From Chrysomallon squamiferum (Eukaryota; Animalia; Mollusca), in the NCBI GenBank assembly GCA_012295275.1, contig CM022669.1, forward strand, positions 10,416,001 through 10,480,000: 64,000 nt of DNA, written 5' to 3'. A program made the translations under genes and the position numbers. This document shows positions 1 to 43,468 of this stretch, piece after piece (within the stretch, counting starts at the first letter, position 1; every line of letters begins with the position of its first letter). Under the pieces are notes generated by a model, which was not told the origin of the DNA, did no database searches, and saw only the letters and a list, made by a program, of their open reading frames with translations.

Positions 1-69
1 CAACCCAAAAATAATAATAATAAAATTAAAAAAAATTAAAAAAAGAAAAGAAAAAGAAACAAAGTAAAA

Positions 70-102
<33 letters not shown>

Positions 103-244
103 AGACAAACTAACAATCAAAATAAAGATAAAGCAAAACAAAGGAAAACAACAAACAACATAGAAGCATAGCATACATACACACACATATAGACGTACGT
201 ACAGACAGAATAAGTAAAAGAGGTAAATGGATATATAGAAAAAG

Positions 245-373
<129 letters not shown>

Positions 374-475
374 GTGTCTGATCGTGTTTTTATTTTGGTT
401 TCAGTCTATGAAATATTAGCAAACGACAACTAAATTTTTTTTTTTTTTTTTTTTTTTTTTGAATGTTGAATTCAG

Positions 476-6036
<5,561 letters not shown>

Positions 6037-6074
6037 AACAATGCATGGACGTATAACGAGGGTACGTGCGTATG

Positions 6075-6134
<60 letters not shown>

Positions 6135-6206
6135 CGTGCGTATATATCTGGTTGAAGATATACTGTAAAAAAGAAGATGATTCATTCAGGTTTTTCGAAA
6201 GCGCAC

Positions 6207-6238
<32 letters not shown>

Positions 6239-7145
6239 TTATTATTATTATTGCTGCTGTTGTTGCTGTTGTTGTTGGAAGAGAATTACCAGTAAGATGA
6301 AATACGACAAGCAACCTAAAACTGCACTTACATTTGTAATACATACATATAAATAAATTAAACAAAGCAACGAAATAAAACAAAGCATTGAAAGAAATAA
6401 ACAAACAAACAAACAAGAAATAGTACAAAAGACGGAAAAAATGTTTTTGTTGTGTGTGTCAGGGAACACGAAATAGAAAAACAAAACGTCAATAAATGCA
6501 AAAATCCAAAAAGACTGAGTCTCTAGAACCGCGTTGTTTTATTTTCTTAATTTTTTTGTTTTTGTTGTTGTTGTTGTATGTGAGCATTTGCATGTATGCA
6601 CGTATGTACATGGCATGGCTATTTCTGGAAAGAAGGACGAGAGAGACAAAACGAAATATGGGTTTATTAGGATTAATTGAGTTTACACAAACTAATAAAA
6701 CAGTCAATCGCCAAGACATTTTTGTAACAAAATGTAATCTAATTTTGTTTTCAAAATAGTGTTGTCAAATGTGAACTATAAAATAATTACTTTATAATTA
6801 TTAAACTCAAACAATAGAAAAGAAGAGCATAAACTTCTTACCTTATTGCAAGGTAAAGGTAATTGTATTATGACGTCATAATTTTATTACGTCATTTTAC
6901 CTGGCAACGAAGTTTAGTTGCTATTTGTAAAGGTAAGCATCATAAACTATTATTAAATATTCTTATATCCTTACTGAAAACAATAGATATTCGCGATCTA
7001 AACAATGTGGGTAACAAAACATAATATTTTATGTAACTGAATATAGCAGTTATTATTTTATACTTAACTTTATTAATGAACTAAACTTAATTATCGTAAC
7101 TGTATTTATATTGTTCTGGTTGCTGTTGTTGTTGTCGTGGTTACC

Positions 7146-7151
7146 AATAAA
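7146..7151 (+). terminator. Candidate polyadenylation signal of the DEG/ENaC gene
   Basis: AATAAA outside a repeat, followed by GT/T-rich sequence; other AATAAA copies exist nearby. Confidence 0.25.
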
Positions 7152-7417
7152 CGAGTCTGTTCTTTGTTACATACATACATATATACATACAAACATACAT
7201 ACATACATAATTATATGCATGATATATATATACATATAGCTTGATATAAATATATTATTTTATTTTATTTTTGCTTTTCTTAATATAAGTAATTTTATTT
7301 TATTTTATTTATTCACACACACACTCACACACACACACACTTATATTTTAATTAATATTATTTATTTATTTATTTCGTATTCCAATTTCTTCCTTTTTGT
7401 CTTCTTCTTCTTCTTCT

Positions 7418-7451
<34 letters not shown>

Positions 7452-7838
7452 TGTGTGTTTTAATCTTCTATTGTTTGTGTTTGTTGTTGTTTGCTTATTT
7501 TGATTTTAGGTCAAACATTTGTAGACGTCTCTGATTCAAGAAAAGTTAGCCTCTTTTTTCTTTGCAATAAAATAAAAAGTTTAAAATATCATGAATAGAA
7601 CACATTTCTTTTTCTAGTTAAATAAAGTCCAATTTTTTAAATTTCTAAAATATTAAATGAAAGGTGAACCTACACAATAAATAAATAATTAAATAAATAA
7701 GTGAGTAAGTAGGTAAGAAAGTAAATAAGTAAGTAAGTAAATACTATCCTAATCATATATAGATAACATTTGATTATATATATATAATTCTATAATAACT
7801 AAAGAAACAATAATCCATTCAACATTTTTTTGACCATA

Positions 7839-7844
7839 TTTATT
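7839..7844 (-). terminator. Candidate distal polyadenylation signal of NR2E3
   Basis: Minus strand reads TGTATAAATGTTGTTTGTGTAAATAAA (UGUA elements plus AATAAA); an alternative TGTAAATAAA is at 10361-10370. Confidence 0.35.
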
Positions 7845-8233
7845 TACACAAACAACATTTATACAGAATATATATTCATCAATACACGACAACAATAACT
7901 TAGGAAATCTATTTACATTACATTTATTTAATATTTATTATTTCAAAACGAAACAAATAATTTGTGTCCCGTTTTGACCTTCCATGTCAACCATTAATAT
8001 AACATTTCGTGGTTTTTTTAAAAACTTATACAGGAAACTAAATCAATGAAACTTTAATTTTTTCTTTTTTTTTCTTTATAATAACAGTAATTTTTTTAGT
8101 ACCAGCTGTAAAATTTATTAATTAAGTCATGAATATTAATTTATTAGATATTGGTTCGTATAGTAATCAATGAATGTAGATAATTATCTTTTTTATGTCT
8201 CTATGTGTGTGTGTGTATATATGTAATATATTA

Positions 8234-8266
<33 letters not shown>

Positions 8267-8296
8267 TCTATGTACACACACACACACACACACACA

Positions 8297-8331
<35 letters not shown>

Positions 8332-9055
8332 CCATGCTTTACTAAACCTGTATAATTTTGATCTATGATAAACTGAGAATTTATCACAAAAATAACGGAG
8401 TGTTAGTTGTCTGTTTCCCATTTGATCTCTGATGTCAGAAATCAATAAAACCCGCCTTCATGCCTGTCTTTAAGACACAGCTGCACTGAGATTGGTCAAC
8501 GAACTCATGTTTATTAATGAGATTGTATTACATTTCAAAAACAAGCTTTTTCCATATCCAATATATGTTTGTTAAGACAAAGCATAATTATGTATTACTA
8601 ACACGCTGTATGCTGTATGTTCAGCTGTATCTTACTATAGAGGGCTTTTTTATCTTCAGTCATGTTACTAAGACATAAGGCGTTTTCTGATTGTACAGAT
8701 GTGGCGCATGCCCAGTACTGCAATTTTTTTGCGACGTCATTTTTATTATTATAAAATTCTACAACATACAGTTTTTAAGATGAGCATATTATTTTTTTTT
8801 TTTTCATTTATGTTATTTTTATAATTATGTTTAAAAAATTTAAGCATTCTTTAGTGAATTTTTGCAAAGATTTAAACACAAGATTTCCCCCGGATTTTAA
8901 AAACTCCAACTTTAATTTATAGAAAGATTATTTGATAACATATTAAAAACATAAATGAGCTACAGTGTTTTAATTAATAATAATAAATTAAATTGATAAC
9001 AATCAATACTTTTTTGATACAAGTAAGTACAAGGCTGCCGAACATTTTTTTTCCT

Positions 9056-9089
<34 letters not shown>

Positions 9090-9217
9090 AAATGATGATT
9101 TAGAAAATGATCAAAGAAAAAAGAGAATAAACAAAATTATATATGTAATAAACGCTATAAATTTTTTTACCATCGAAACAAAAAAAAAAAGTTTAAAATT
9201 CAGTTATTGTTTAGTCT

Positions 9218-9251
<34 letters not shown>

Positions 9252-9333
9252 GTAGTAGTAGTAGTAGTAGTAGAAGTAGTAATATTAGTATTAACAATGA
9301 TGATGATGATAATGGTGATAATAAGAACAATAA

Positions 9334-9380
<47 letters not shown>

Positions 9381-9571
9381 AAATATAAATTTTAACAGAA
9401 AAGTATTAACTTATGAATATTCATGTTGTTATATAAAACACTTGATTTCAGTTGAGAGGAAGACAGTCTCATTATTAACAACATTATGAATATTTACAAA
9501 CTTAGTAAAATATAAAATATTAAAAATAATCGCCCTCATAAGGAACAAATACGATTTTTTAAATATACATG

Positions 9572-9653
<82 letters not shown>

Positions 9654-10007
9654 AACATTTTAAATTACTGATCATTTCGCGACATCCAAAAAACAAAAAA
9701 TCTTTTTCATTCCTATGTGGTAAAACTAACTACTGCAAAATGTACTCAAGGACAACACAGTTCTTTCAATTCTCACATCTTCTAACTTAATTCAGTTGTG
9801 TTTTCTCTCGATTCTAGCTCCCGGCTGAAGAGAAAAGACTTGTGTAATTGTTGTCGCAAACATTGGCAAGTTGGCTACCTCAGTCGTTAGATTTTATAAA
9901 TCTGTTAGGTGTTTATTTAGGAAAACAGAAAAATTGGGCGCGATCATTTTAGAAGACACAATAAATTAAAAAATTAAACTTGTTTCATTATAAAGAAAAA
10001 AAAAAAA

Positions 10008-10042
<35 letters not shown>

Positions 10043-11151
10043 GTGTGTTCGGATGAAATAGAGAAGGGTACGCGGAATACAAAATGATAAAAATAAAGAT
10101 GAAAAAAGAATTGCCATATTATAATAGAATTATATATACACATGAAATTAGCTTTCACTCTTCATAAATTCACAAAAAACCTAATATTTCATAAAATATA
10201 CATCATTATATAAGAATATTTGTACACTTACACGTATCACAACCAAAACCTTTGGGAGAGGAGGTCAAGTATTACATTTTATTTATTTATAAAAAAAATT
10301 AAATAAATTATTCCAGTGGCATCCTTTAAATAAACCTATAATTACACAAACTGATAAATATTTATTTACATCTTAGCCACAACCCTTTGAGTCAGAGGCC
10401 ACGCCCACAACAGGCGTGTTTAAACCGTGGTCTGATGGAAGCATGTGATATTTACTAATCCACAACTATGGTTGGACATTTAACCGAATTTCTTTTTCTG
10501 ACGTTTATTTGCGTAACAGAAAAATAGTGCTAACCATAAGTGATCTTTAAAATAAATTTTCAACACATACATAGATACACGTACGTAAGTATACACACAC
10601 TTATGTTGATATGCAGTTACATTAGAAACATTTTTTTTTTCTCGTTCTTATGCAATTTCGTATTTCCCCAATATAATTATGGCGATATAAATATTTAAAC
10701 GAACGTATAATATACCTTATTTACGAATTCAAAATTTATTTTTTTTTTTTTTATTATGATTTCGTTTTGCAACAGTCACCGATATTTATATCATATATGT
10801 CTTTTATTTATCACACAAATAAAGCTTAAGAAATTGGGAATAACGGACATTACTTGTGAAAGAAAAATTTAAAATGAATTCTGATTTGATCAGAATAAGT
10901 ATTACTTTCTAGGGAAAAAAAATCAACGAAGAAAGATATAATATAAAAGAGAAAATTAATCTACTCTGAGTTAATTGTACACAAATATTTGTATAGTTCT
11001 ATCTGTCTCTTTCACTTTCGTCTTGTATTTTTCTTTTATATGCCTTTTTTTAATATTTTTTAAATTATTCAGATTCTTTTTATTGCACGAAGCCCGCCAC
11101 TAGTGTGTATTATGACGTCACAGGAACATCTTCTCAGTGGATCATGTCTCT

Positions 11152-34785
<23,634 letters not shown>

Positions 34786-34839
34786 GCTGGGTAGATCCGA
34801 CAGGCGGCAGAGTTTCGGCTATGTTCGGCGCAGCTGACG

Positions 34840-34940
34840 GATCAAACTAAACTTCAAATTAGATGGCGCGTTGTTATACGAGCGGCTTTTCAATGACAAG
34901 AGATGCGACGCTGCTTTTTAATGAGCCGGTCCATTGGACA
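34840..34940 (-). promoter_or_regulatory. Predicted NR2E3 core promoter
   Basis: Minus strand: CCAAT at 34937-34933, TATAACAA starting 34878, Inr-like TTAGTTT with A at 34848 (TATA at -30, CCAAT at about -87); CpG-rich. Confidence 0.55.
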
Positions 34941-35325
34941 GAGCTGGAAGGGGTGAGGGTTGTTGTTAACGGATACAGACGCGGGAAACTGGCGTTAATA
35001 ATGCATTTATGTTTCACAATAACGTATTCATATTACCGTTACCGTTGCTGCTGCTACTACTCCATGTACTACTCTACTACTACTACTACTGCTACCACTA
35101 CAACTACAACAACAACAACGACAACTACTACTACTACTATTAAATGCAGTTATCGACTGTATTATGAAAACACAAATACTGCTGTAGAAGTACTATGTTT
35201 ATTAGTATTTATACTGCTGTTTAAATTACTGTTTCTACCTCTTAATACTAATACTAATACTACAATTGCTACTTCTTTTCTCATACCTGTGATGATGATG
35301 ATGATGATAATAATAATAATAATAA

Positions 35326-35356
<31 letters not shown>

Positions 35357-35569
35357 AAGAAGAAATGAAGAACGAAAGTTTAATAAAAAAAAAAATAAAA
35401 CATCTATTTTTTTTTTGCCAATACGTAACAACAGAAGCTATTATTTTAAATGCATATTTTAAAAAAATAAATAAATAAATAAATAAATAAATGAAAAAAA
35501 AAAAAAAAATGAATGAATTAATAAATAAATTAATTAATTAATATTTTTAGATTGTCACTCGTAACGCAT

Positions 35570-35900
35570 AACAACCTTATCTCCCTATGTACAATATGGA
35601 ACCGTCTGACGCTTACTTGGCGCGTGTCAGTTGTTATTCACCTGTTCCCGCTAAATCTCATTGGTCGTTTTGGGTCACTCTTCCGGGCGCTCATGCCTAC
35701 ACTGTCCTCTTTGACAAGAGACGTGTGACGTCATCTTCGGCAGTTTCAGCTCATTATCATAAAAATAAACGACCAGGTTAGCAAACATTACATGCACAGA
35801 AGCGAGGTATTTCTGTTAAAGAGTTTTCTTTGATGAAATAAAGAAAGACGTATCCTTAATCTCGTCAAACATGAATTTAATCCAGACGACACACGATTAT
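35570..35900. promoter_or_regulatory. Proximal upstream regulatory island
   Basis: Non-repetitive CpG-rich block 0.7-1 kb upstream of the predicted TSS, with a CRE palindrome TGACGTCA (35726-35733) and an ATTGG. Confidence 0.35.
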
Positions 35901-36423
35901 TTCTTTTTCAGTTTTTGACAAAGTGACTAAAGCGAGATTTGTTATCACTGAGAGAAGAAGACGTAAAAGAAGAAGAAGAAGAAGAAGAAGAAGAAGAAGA
36001 AGAATTTAGCAGGCTTCTAGAAATTATGCTGACATAATTATTAATTTTATTTTTAATATAATTTGTTTTATCGTTGTCATCATACGTACAAAGCGTTGTC
36101 ATATATACAAAGATCAACATAACATTTTTGACATTTCCTCACAAGTATAGATTTTAAAATGTTTTTCAGAGTGCAATTAACCTATTTTGGATTTAAAAAA
36201 AAAAAAAAACAAAACAAAAAAACAAAAAAAAAAAACAACCAAAAGAAAACGTTAATAACAATTGTTTACAAAAAAAAGAAAAAAGAAAAAGAAAAAATAA
36301 GATAATTAAAAAAGAAGAAAAGAAAAACAACCCAAAATACTAATTAGATAAATAAGACATTTATTGTATATTTATAAATATTATTACAATCCCCAATCCA
36401 AAATACTATTACTACTACTCTCT

Positions 36424-36521
<98 letters not shown>

Positions 36522-37123
36522 TAATTTTTCCAGGATTTACCCGCTCTTTTTGCTAAACAAAATAATCCAATTTTTCGAACGATTTATGGATAAAATAGTA
36601 GCGTGCCCTCATAGTTTTAACTCCTTAAGGCAACAACTATTTTTAAGCTTATTTGTTTATTCTTAACCGTCACACACATCCATATGCAGCACAAAGAAAG
36701 AAAGAAAAGAGAAAAAGCACTGATTTGCGCGGAAGGATACATAACTGCACGTTACAAAATATTTAATCAAGCATCAATTTGTCGTCCCAATCATGTGAAA
36801 ACGAGGCTAACAAAAGGGCATCAAATTCAAAAGTCGGGGTACTGCCCTAACAAATTAAAATGTTAACTGCAACGATACTAAGAACACTCACAGAGCCTAC
36901 AGCAAAAAAAAAAAAAAAAAAAAAAAATATTATGAAGAAGAAAAAAACAAATAATAATCGGCAAATCAATTAATTAGGTTGCACGTGCGGCTGCAAAATT
37001 TGGCGTCTGTGATTGGTTGATAATTTCTGAGTAATGAATAGAAATATATGATGCCACCTCTATACGAATTAACTTAATTCACCTGTCAAAGATAGACTGG
37101 TAACATTTTAAATTTGTTCTAAC

Positions 37124-37206
<83 letters not shown>

Positions 37207-37798
37207 TAATAGTAATAATAATAACAACAACAATCATCATCATAAATAAATAAAAAAAAAGGTTATAGATACACAAATAGACACATATACAGATATAAAA
37301 GAATAAAAATGTACTACTACTACTACTACTACTATTAAATCTAATAATAACAACAACAACAACAAACAAACAAACAAACCAATAAATAAAATCCGGCTAA
37401 TGCCTAAAAGTAAACAAATATAAATATAACTGATGCTACTACTAAACATCTATTGCTGTTACTAACAACAACAACATCACCCAGCGCGAACTCACCTTAT
37501 TTTTCATCGACCTACTTTTGTCTTTTTCTTCTTAACAAAACTGAATTCATCTTGAAAAACACACCAAACTTTTTAAATATATTATGAACCCGGCGTCCAT
37601 GTTTACTAAAAGTTAATTATTTTGAATAAGAAACAGTATTTCTCCATGAACATCAATTTTCTTTTCCTTCTGTCTGTTTACTGATTACGTCATCTATAAA
37701 TGGATAAATAATAGGATGACGTCATGAACCATTAGTACCAGGATTTAGGTAACCATTGGATTTAGTTCAAGTTAAAACACAGGTAGGAATATAATTAA

Positions 37799-37864
<66 letters not shown>

Positions 37865-37896
37865 TGCGCGCTTTGTGGCTGTCTTAACATATATAC

Positions 37897-37942
<46 letters not shown>

Positions 37943-38530
37943 GTATATATATATACACATGTACATAAGGGTGTGTGGATAAATGGGTGCATACTTACAT
38001 ATGTTTATGCAATCACACGTATGATAACTGTGTATCAGTTTGTTTTGATTATTAGCTACGTTATTTTTATTATTAGCTACGTAACTGCGAACAGTGAGAT
38101 TAACAACTAACAGCTTTCTACACCTCACAAGGTTTATGAAAACTATTTTAGGAGTGAAAAGGGTGAATATCAAACAGTTTACCGTTAATCAGCAGTTTTC
38201 GAGGAGGTTTCTTGAAAGCTGTCAAATCGCAGAAATGTGTTATTGTATCAATTTTAGGCTACATTAAATTAATACAATTCACGAACGTATTATATTAAAT
38301 TAATGACATTATTTTTTGGCGGGGGAGTGATTTTTCGATGTACATATATATACATGTATGCATGTATCTAGTTAAATTATTAAAATTATTCAGTTTATAA
38401 TATCAAGTTGACATTATTCTTTAAAATATTAAAATAAATTATAATGTATGATTGGTTTAAAATACAAAATTATATGTGTGTATATCTTTATTCTCTGTCT
38501 TATGTATGTCTAATTAGATTGTACACAGAC

Positions 38531-38575
38531 AATCACGTCTTCACAAATGTCAGATGTCGCTGACGAGACTCGAAC
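38531..38575 (-). mobile_element. Dispersed 45-bp repeat with Pol III B-box, copy 2
   Basis: Ungapped match to 4660-4704. Confidence 0.55.
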
Positions 38576-38586
38576 GTATGGCACCC

Positions 38587-38617
<31 letters not shown>

Positions 38618-39795
38618 TGTATGTATGTATGCATAGTTATAGACATACCATAAAATCTTATATTTAAATGTCGGCTACAGGTCCTAAAATGAAAAACAGT
38701 ACTTGCCATCAGTCGTTCTGAATAAAATTACGAATTTTAGACAATAATTATTAAATCTGATTCGCGATTTAATTTCAGATGTCAACACATAAATCTGAAT
38801 AAAGTAAAATGTTACGATTTACTGTAAAAACCTTTTATTTTATTTTGCTGATAGTAAATTATTAGCTATAGATAATGATACAAAAGCATGAAATGTCTAA
38901 TATTTTCAATTCAGCGTAATACATACATATATATATATATTAGTAATAGGTAACTAAATAGATAAGTAAACAAACAAACAAAAAATAAAAAGTAAAAAAT
39001 AAATAAAGTAAGTAAGTAAACAAATAAAAATAAATAAATAAATAAATGAAATAAAATACATTTTCGAAAAGCCAAAGATTTTAAAATAAACTGAAACAAA
39101 TTCACGGTATCGTTATATATAATTAATAATGAATGAAACGTTACACTAACATAAATTCCAATCTTGAATAAATGAATATAAACGACAAATCTTCAAGAGG
39201 ATGCCTGCTGTAATTAATATAATTCTGAATTAGAAATTTAGGAAAATATATATTAGTAGTAGCAGTAATAATAGTGGTAATAATAGTAGTAGCAGTATAG
39301 CAGTAGTAGTAGCAGTTGTAGTAGTAGTAGTAGTAATAGGAGTAGTAGTAATAGTTTTTATTGTTATAGCAGTAATGATAATAGTAACAGTAGGATATAG
39401 CTTTCAAGACAAACTAAAAGAAACTAATAATAATAATCATGAAAACAAAAACAAGTAGAGAACATGAAAATTTGAGGACCAAACATTTAATATTTGTTTG
39501 TTTGCTTATTTGTTTTTTTGTTGTGGTTGTTGTTGTTATTGGAAACACTAATTTTTGTAGCATCATATTATTAGTATTATTTTATGACTATTACTCTACT
39601 GTTATTACTACTGCTATTAATATTACTATCACCACCATCTGTACTAAACTACTACTACAAATACTATACTATTACTACTATCACTACTGTTATTATTACT
39701 ACTATTGCTATTACAATTTCTACTAAGATTACAATGATTATTTCTGCTACTGGTTCTTCTGCTATTTCTGCTTTCGCTACTATCATTACGAAGGT

Positions 39796-39851
<56 letters not shown>

Positions 39852-39988
39852 CTTAATTCATTCATTCATTTTTTTATTATTAAAACATCCTTTCTACCTC
39901 GTGTGCTTTAATTAACTGTCTCGAGTTTGTTAATTTTAATGAGAATATTCACAGTAATCAATTTGTTATTTGCCAGTAATTAAATCTC

Positions 39989-40094
<106 letters not shown>

Positions 40095-40538
40095 ATTACT
40101 GTTGTTTTAGCTGTTAGTATTATATTATATTATATATATTACTATATTATATTATATTATATTATATTATATTATATTATATTATATTATATTATATTAT
40201 ATTATATTATATGTTTTACTATATTATACTGTACTATAATGTATTGTATTTATTTTACACAAAATTATTTCACTTTTTTTACGTTTTCTTTACAATAAAT
40301 TTATCTTTACTGTTATTATTGTTGCTGTTGTTGTTGTTGTTATTATTATTATTATTACTTGAAGAAGAAATGATACCTTTGTGTTGATTTTTAAAGATTA
40401 AAGTAACTACAAATACCAAAATTAGCTTCTGATAAGAAAGAAAAGTTTAAGAAAAAATTTAATTTTATAATAATAATAAGGATGATGATGATGATAATAA
40501 TGGTGATTACAATGATGGTAAGGATGAACAAAAAAATG

Positions 40539-40569
<31 letters not shown>

Positions 40570-40785
40570 GATTCTAATCTGTAGTAATTAACGGTCTACT
40601 TTCTTCATCATGAATAACAAAAACAAGATTATATTACATAATTAGAAGCTGGGGATTAAAAGTAAACAAACATGGGAAGAGAAACAGATATAAAAATCCA
40701 ATATCAGTAGCACCTTCTGCATAGCTGTTTAAACACAGTGTCAGGCGCGTATCAGTCTTTTCACAGAGAGGGTGACTTCGTGGTC

Positions 40786-41063
40786 ATAGCAGTAGTAGTA
40801 GCAGTAGCAGCAGTAATAATAGCAGCAGTAGTAGTAGTAGTAATAGTAGTAATAATAGCAGCAATAGTAGTAGTAGCAGCAGAAATAGTAATCGTAGTAA
40901 TAGAAGACACAGTAAAAAGTAGCAGTAGCAGCAGTAGTAGTAGTAGTATTAATGGCATTATTAGTAGTTGTAGCAGTAGTAATAGTAATAAAATCAGAAG
41001 AAGCAGCAGAAGCAATAGCACCAGAAATAATAGATACAGTAATCGTAGATGTAGTAAAAGACG

Positions 41064-41101
<38 letters not shown>

Positions 41102-41124
41102 ATAGTAGTTTAAGCAGCAGCAGC

Positions 41125-41161
<37 letters not shown>

Positions 41162-41431
41162 ATAGTTTAAGTAGCAGTAGTAGTAGTAGTAGTAGTAATA
41201 GTAGTTTAAGCAGCAGTAGTAGTAGTAGTAGTAGTAATAGTTTAGTAGTAGTAGTAGTAGTAGTAATAGTAGTTTAAGCAGCAGCAGCAGTAGTAGTAGT
41301 AGTAATAGTAGTTTAAGCAGCAGTAGTAGTAGTAGTAGTAGTAATATAGTTTAAGCAGTAGTAGTAGTAGTAGTAGTAGTAATAGTAGTTTAAGCAGTAG
41401 TAGTAGTAGTAGTAGTAGTAGTAATAGTAGC

Positions 41432-41465
<34 letters not shown>
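40786..41465. repeat. (TAG/CAG)n array with higher-order unit taatagtagtttaagcag(tag)n
   Basis: The tttaag anchor recurs about 7 times between 41109 and 41394. Confidence 0.9.
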
Positions 41466-41466
<1 letters not shown>

Positions 41467-41651
41467 CGCCAGTAGCAATATTGGTAACAGTAGAATATAA
41501 CTTTCAAATTAAACTAGAAGAAAATATTTAAAAAAAAAAATAAACCGAGGACAGAACATGACAACTGGTGGGTAAGAACCCCCACCAGATCCGCCGCTGC
41601 AGGTAAAGAATACGTATGCGTGTATCAGCGACGCTGTCGTATGGCAACTTA

Positions 41652-41822
41652 TTGATTTCGTGCAGCTACGTCGTGACTTTCAGTCGACCACGTCGTGTTC
41701 GGCAGGTGTTTGCGTCAACGTGTGTGTTTGTCGTAGACGGCAGAATATCGACGACGGACGCGGAGTCGTTCGATGTTCGATACGGCGTCTATTGTGACGT
41801 TCACGTAGCTGCACAAAGTCAA
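41652..41822 (+). other. 170-nt fold-back element (structured ncRNA or MITE relic)
   Basis: 20-bp inverted arms 41652-41671 and 41803-41822 enclose further G-U-containing stems. Confidence 0.45.
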
Positions 41823-42364
41823 CGGTATCTGCATGTCTGAGTAACACATGCCTGCCGCTGACAGGTGTGTTGACACTGAGGTTCTCTAACTCGGCTTGCC
41901 TCTGTAACAACGTCGTGGACGTCGTCAACGTCACGATCTGTCTTGTGAAAAGCAATAAGAGGCGAAACTGTTAAGTTTTTGTGTATAGTGTATGTAGGTA
42001 TATATGTATGTTTGTGTATGTGTATGTGAATGTAAATGTTTGTGTGTGTAGATGTGTATGTATATGTATATGTATATATATGTATGTACGTATGTATGTA
42101 TGCATGTGTATATATATATAATTCTGTCATTGTTTTAATGTATTATTTTATCCTTGTTTGTTTATTATCAGTAGTTTTACATCACACATTTGATATTTGA
42201 CACTTATATTTTAGATGAAATTTGGTATACATCGTGTCTTATTTCACCACTAACAATCGAGCCACAAGGAGGATCACACAAATATTAGAATATCATATCT
42301 GAAAACGCTAGAAGCTGATGAAGCTATAAAAATTAACAATATCTGCTTTGTTTAAGATAAAACA

Positions 42365-42412
<48 letters not shown>

Positions 42413-42482
42413 TAATTATTTTATTTATTATTTATTTATTTATTATTATTATTATTATTTATTAATTATTATTTATTTATTT

Positions 42483-42540
<58 letters not shown>

Positions 42541-42689
42541 TTATTATTATTATATTTTTTTTTATTAATGTTAGCACTGGAATTTATTAACCTGTTTGTC
42601 TGATTGTTTATTTATTCACTTGCTTTTAGTTTAGTTGTTTAATTATGTAACCCTGAAATACTACTACTAGTACTTTAAAAAAAGTATTT

Positions 42690-42751
<62 letters not shown>

Positions 42752-43403
42752 TTTTATCTTAATAACAACAACAACAATATTACAACAACAAGAACTTTAG
42801 GACAATATAATCCTAAAAATATATTACATAATAAAACGTGCGCGCGTCTGTAAAGACGAGCGTGTGTTTTGCGTGCGTACTGGTGCGTGTCCTTACGCAT
42901 ATTGAGAGTTTATAACAACAGATGTGTTCTCTGCAAACTTTCCCCAACATCTGATAAAGTATTCCGATATCAGCAGAACATCAGAGACAAAAACCTATTG
43001 GAAATAAAAGTGCTGTAGGTAATTTGGTGACAATTATCCACTGTTTGTTTCCAATAAACTAGTCTGACAGTCGCGAGCCTATTCACTCGCTCGGTGATTT
43101 CCAGATAAACATCTCTGGAAAGTAGAAAATTAAAGCAGCGAAGAGAACAAAACGTGGGACGAGTAATTAGAAAATCAAATATTGCCAGCAAATCAAAATA
43201 TTAATAAATAGTACCTAAATGATGGCGTGCTTATTTTCCGACCCGCAGCGCAATATCACCGTATTGAATGGTTTGTCGATTGTTGCTATAAATTGTTTCT
43301 ATTTCTCTCTCAGTCTCACTCGCTGATATCGGCTTTAATATTAAGTAGTGCTGGTTTACTGTTTTATACGTACATGCATACCAATAAATAAATATAAAAA
43401 AGT

Positions 43404-43468
<65 letters not shown>

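Noticed and set aside
9875-9882. let-7 8mer site CTACCTCA
   Set aside because: It is on +, antisense to the NR2E3 UTR and far beyond the likely end of the channel transcript
41060-41465. Constant tttaagcag anchors with variable spacers, superficially CRISPR-like
   Set aside because: The spacers are only (TAG)n of varying length; eukaryotic DNA with no cas genes
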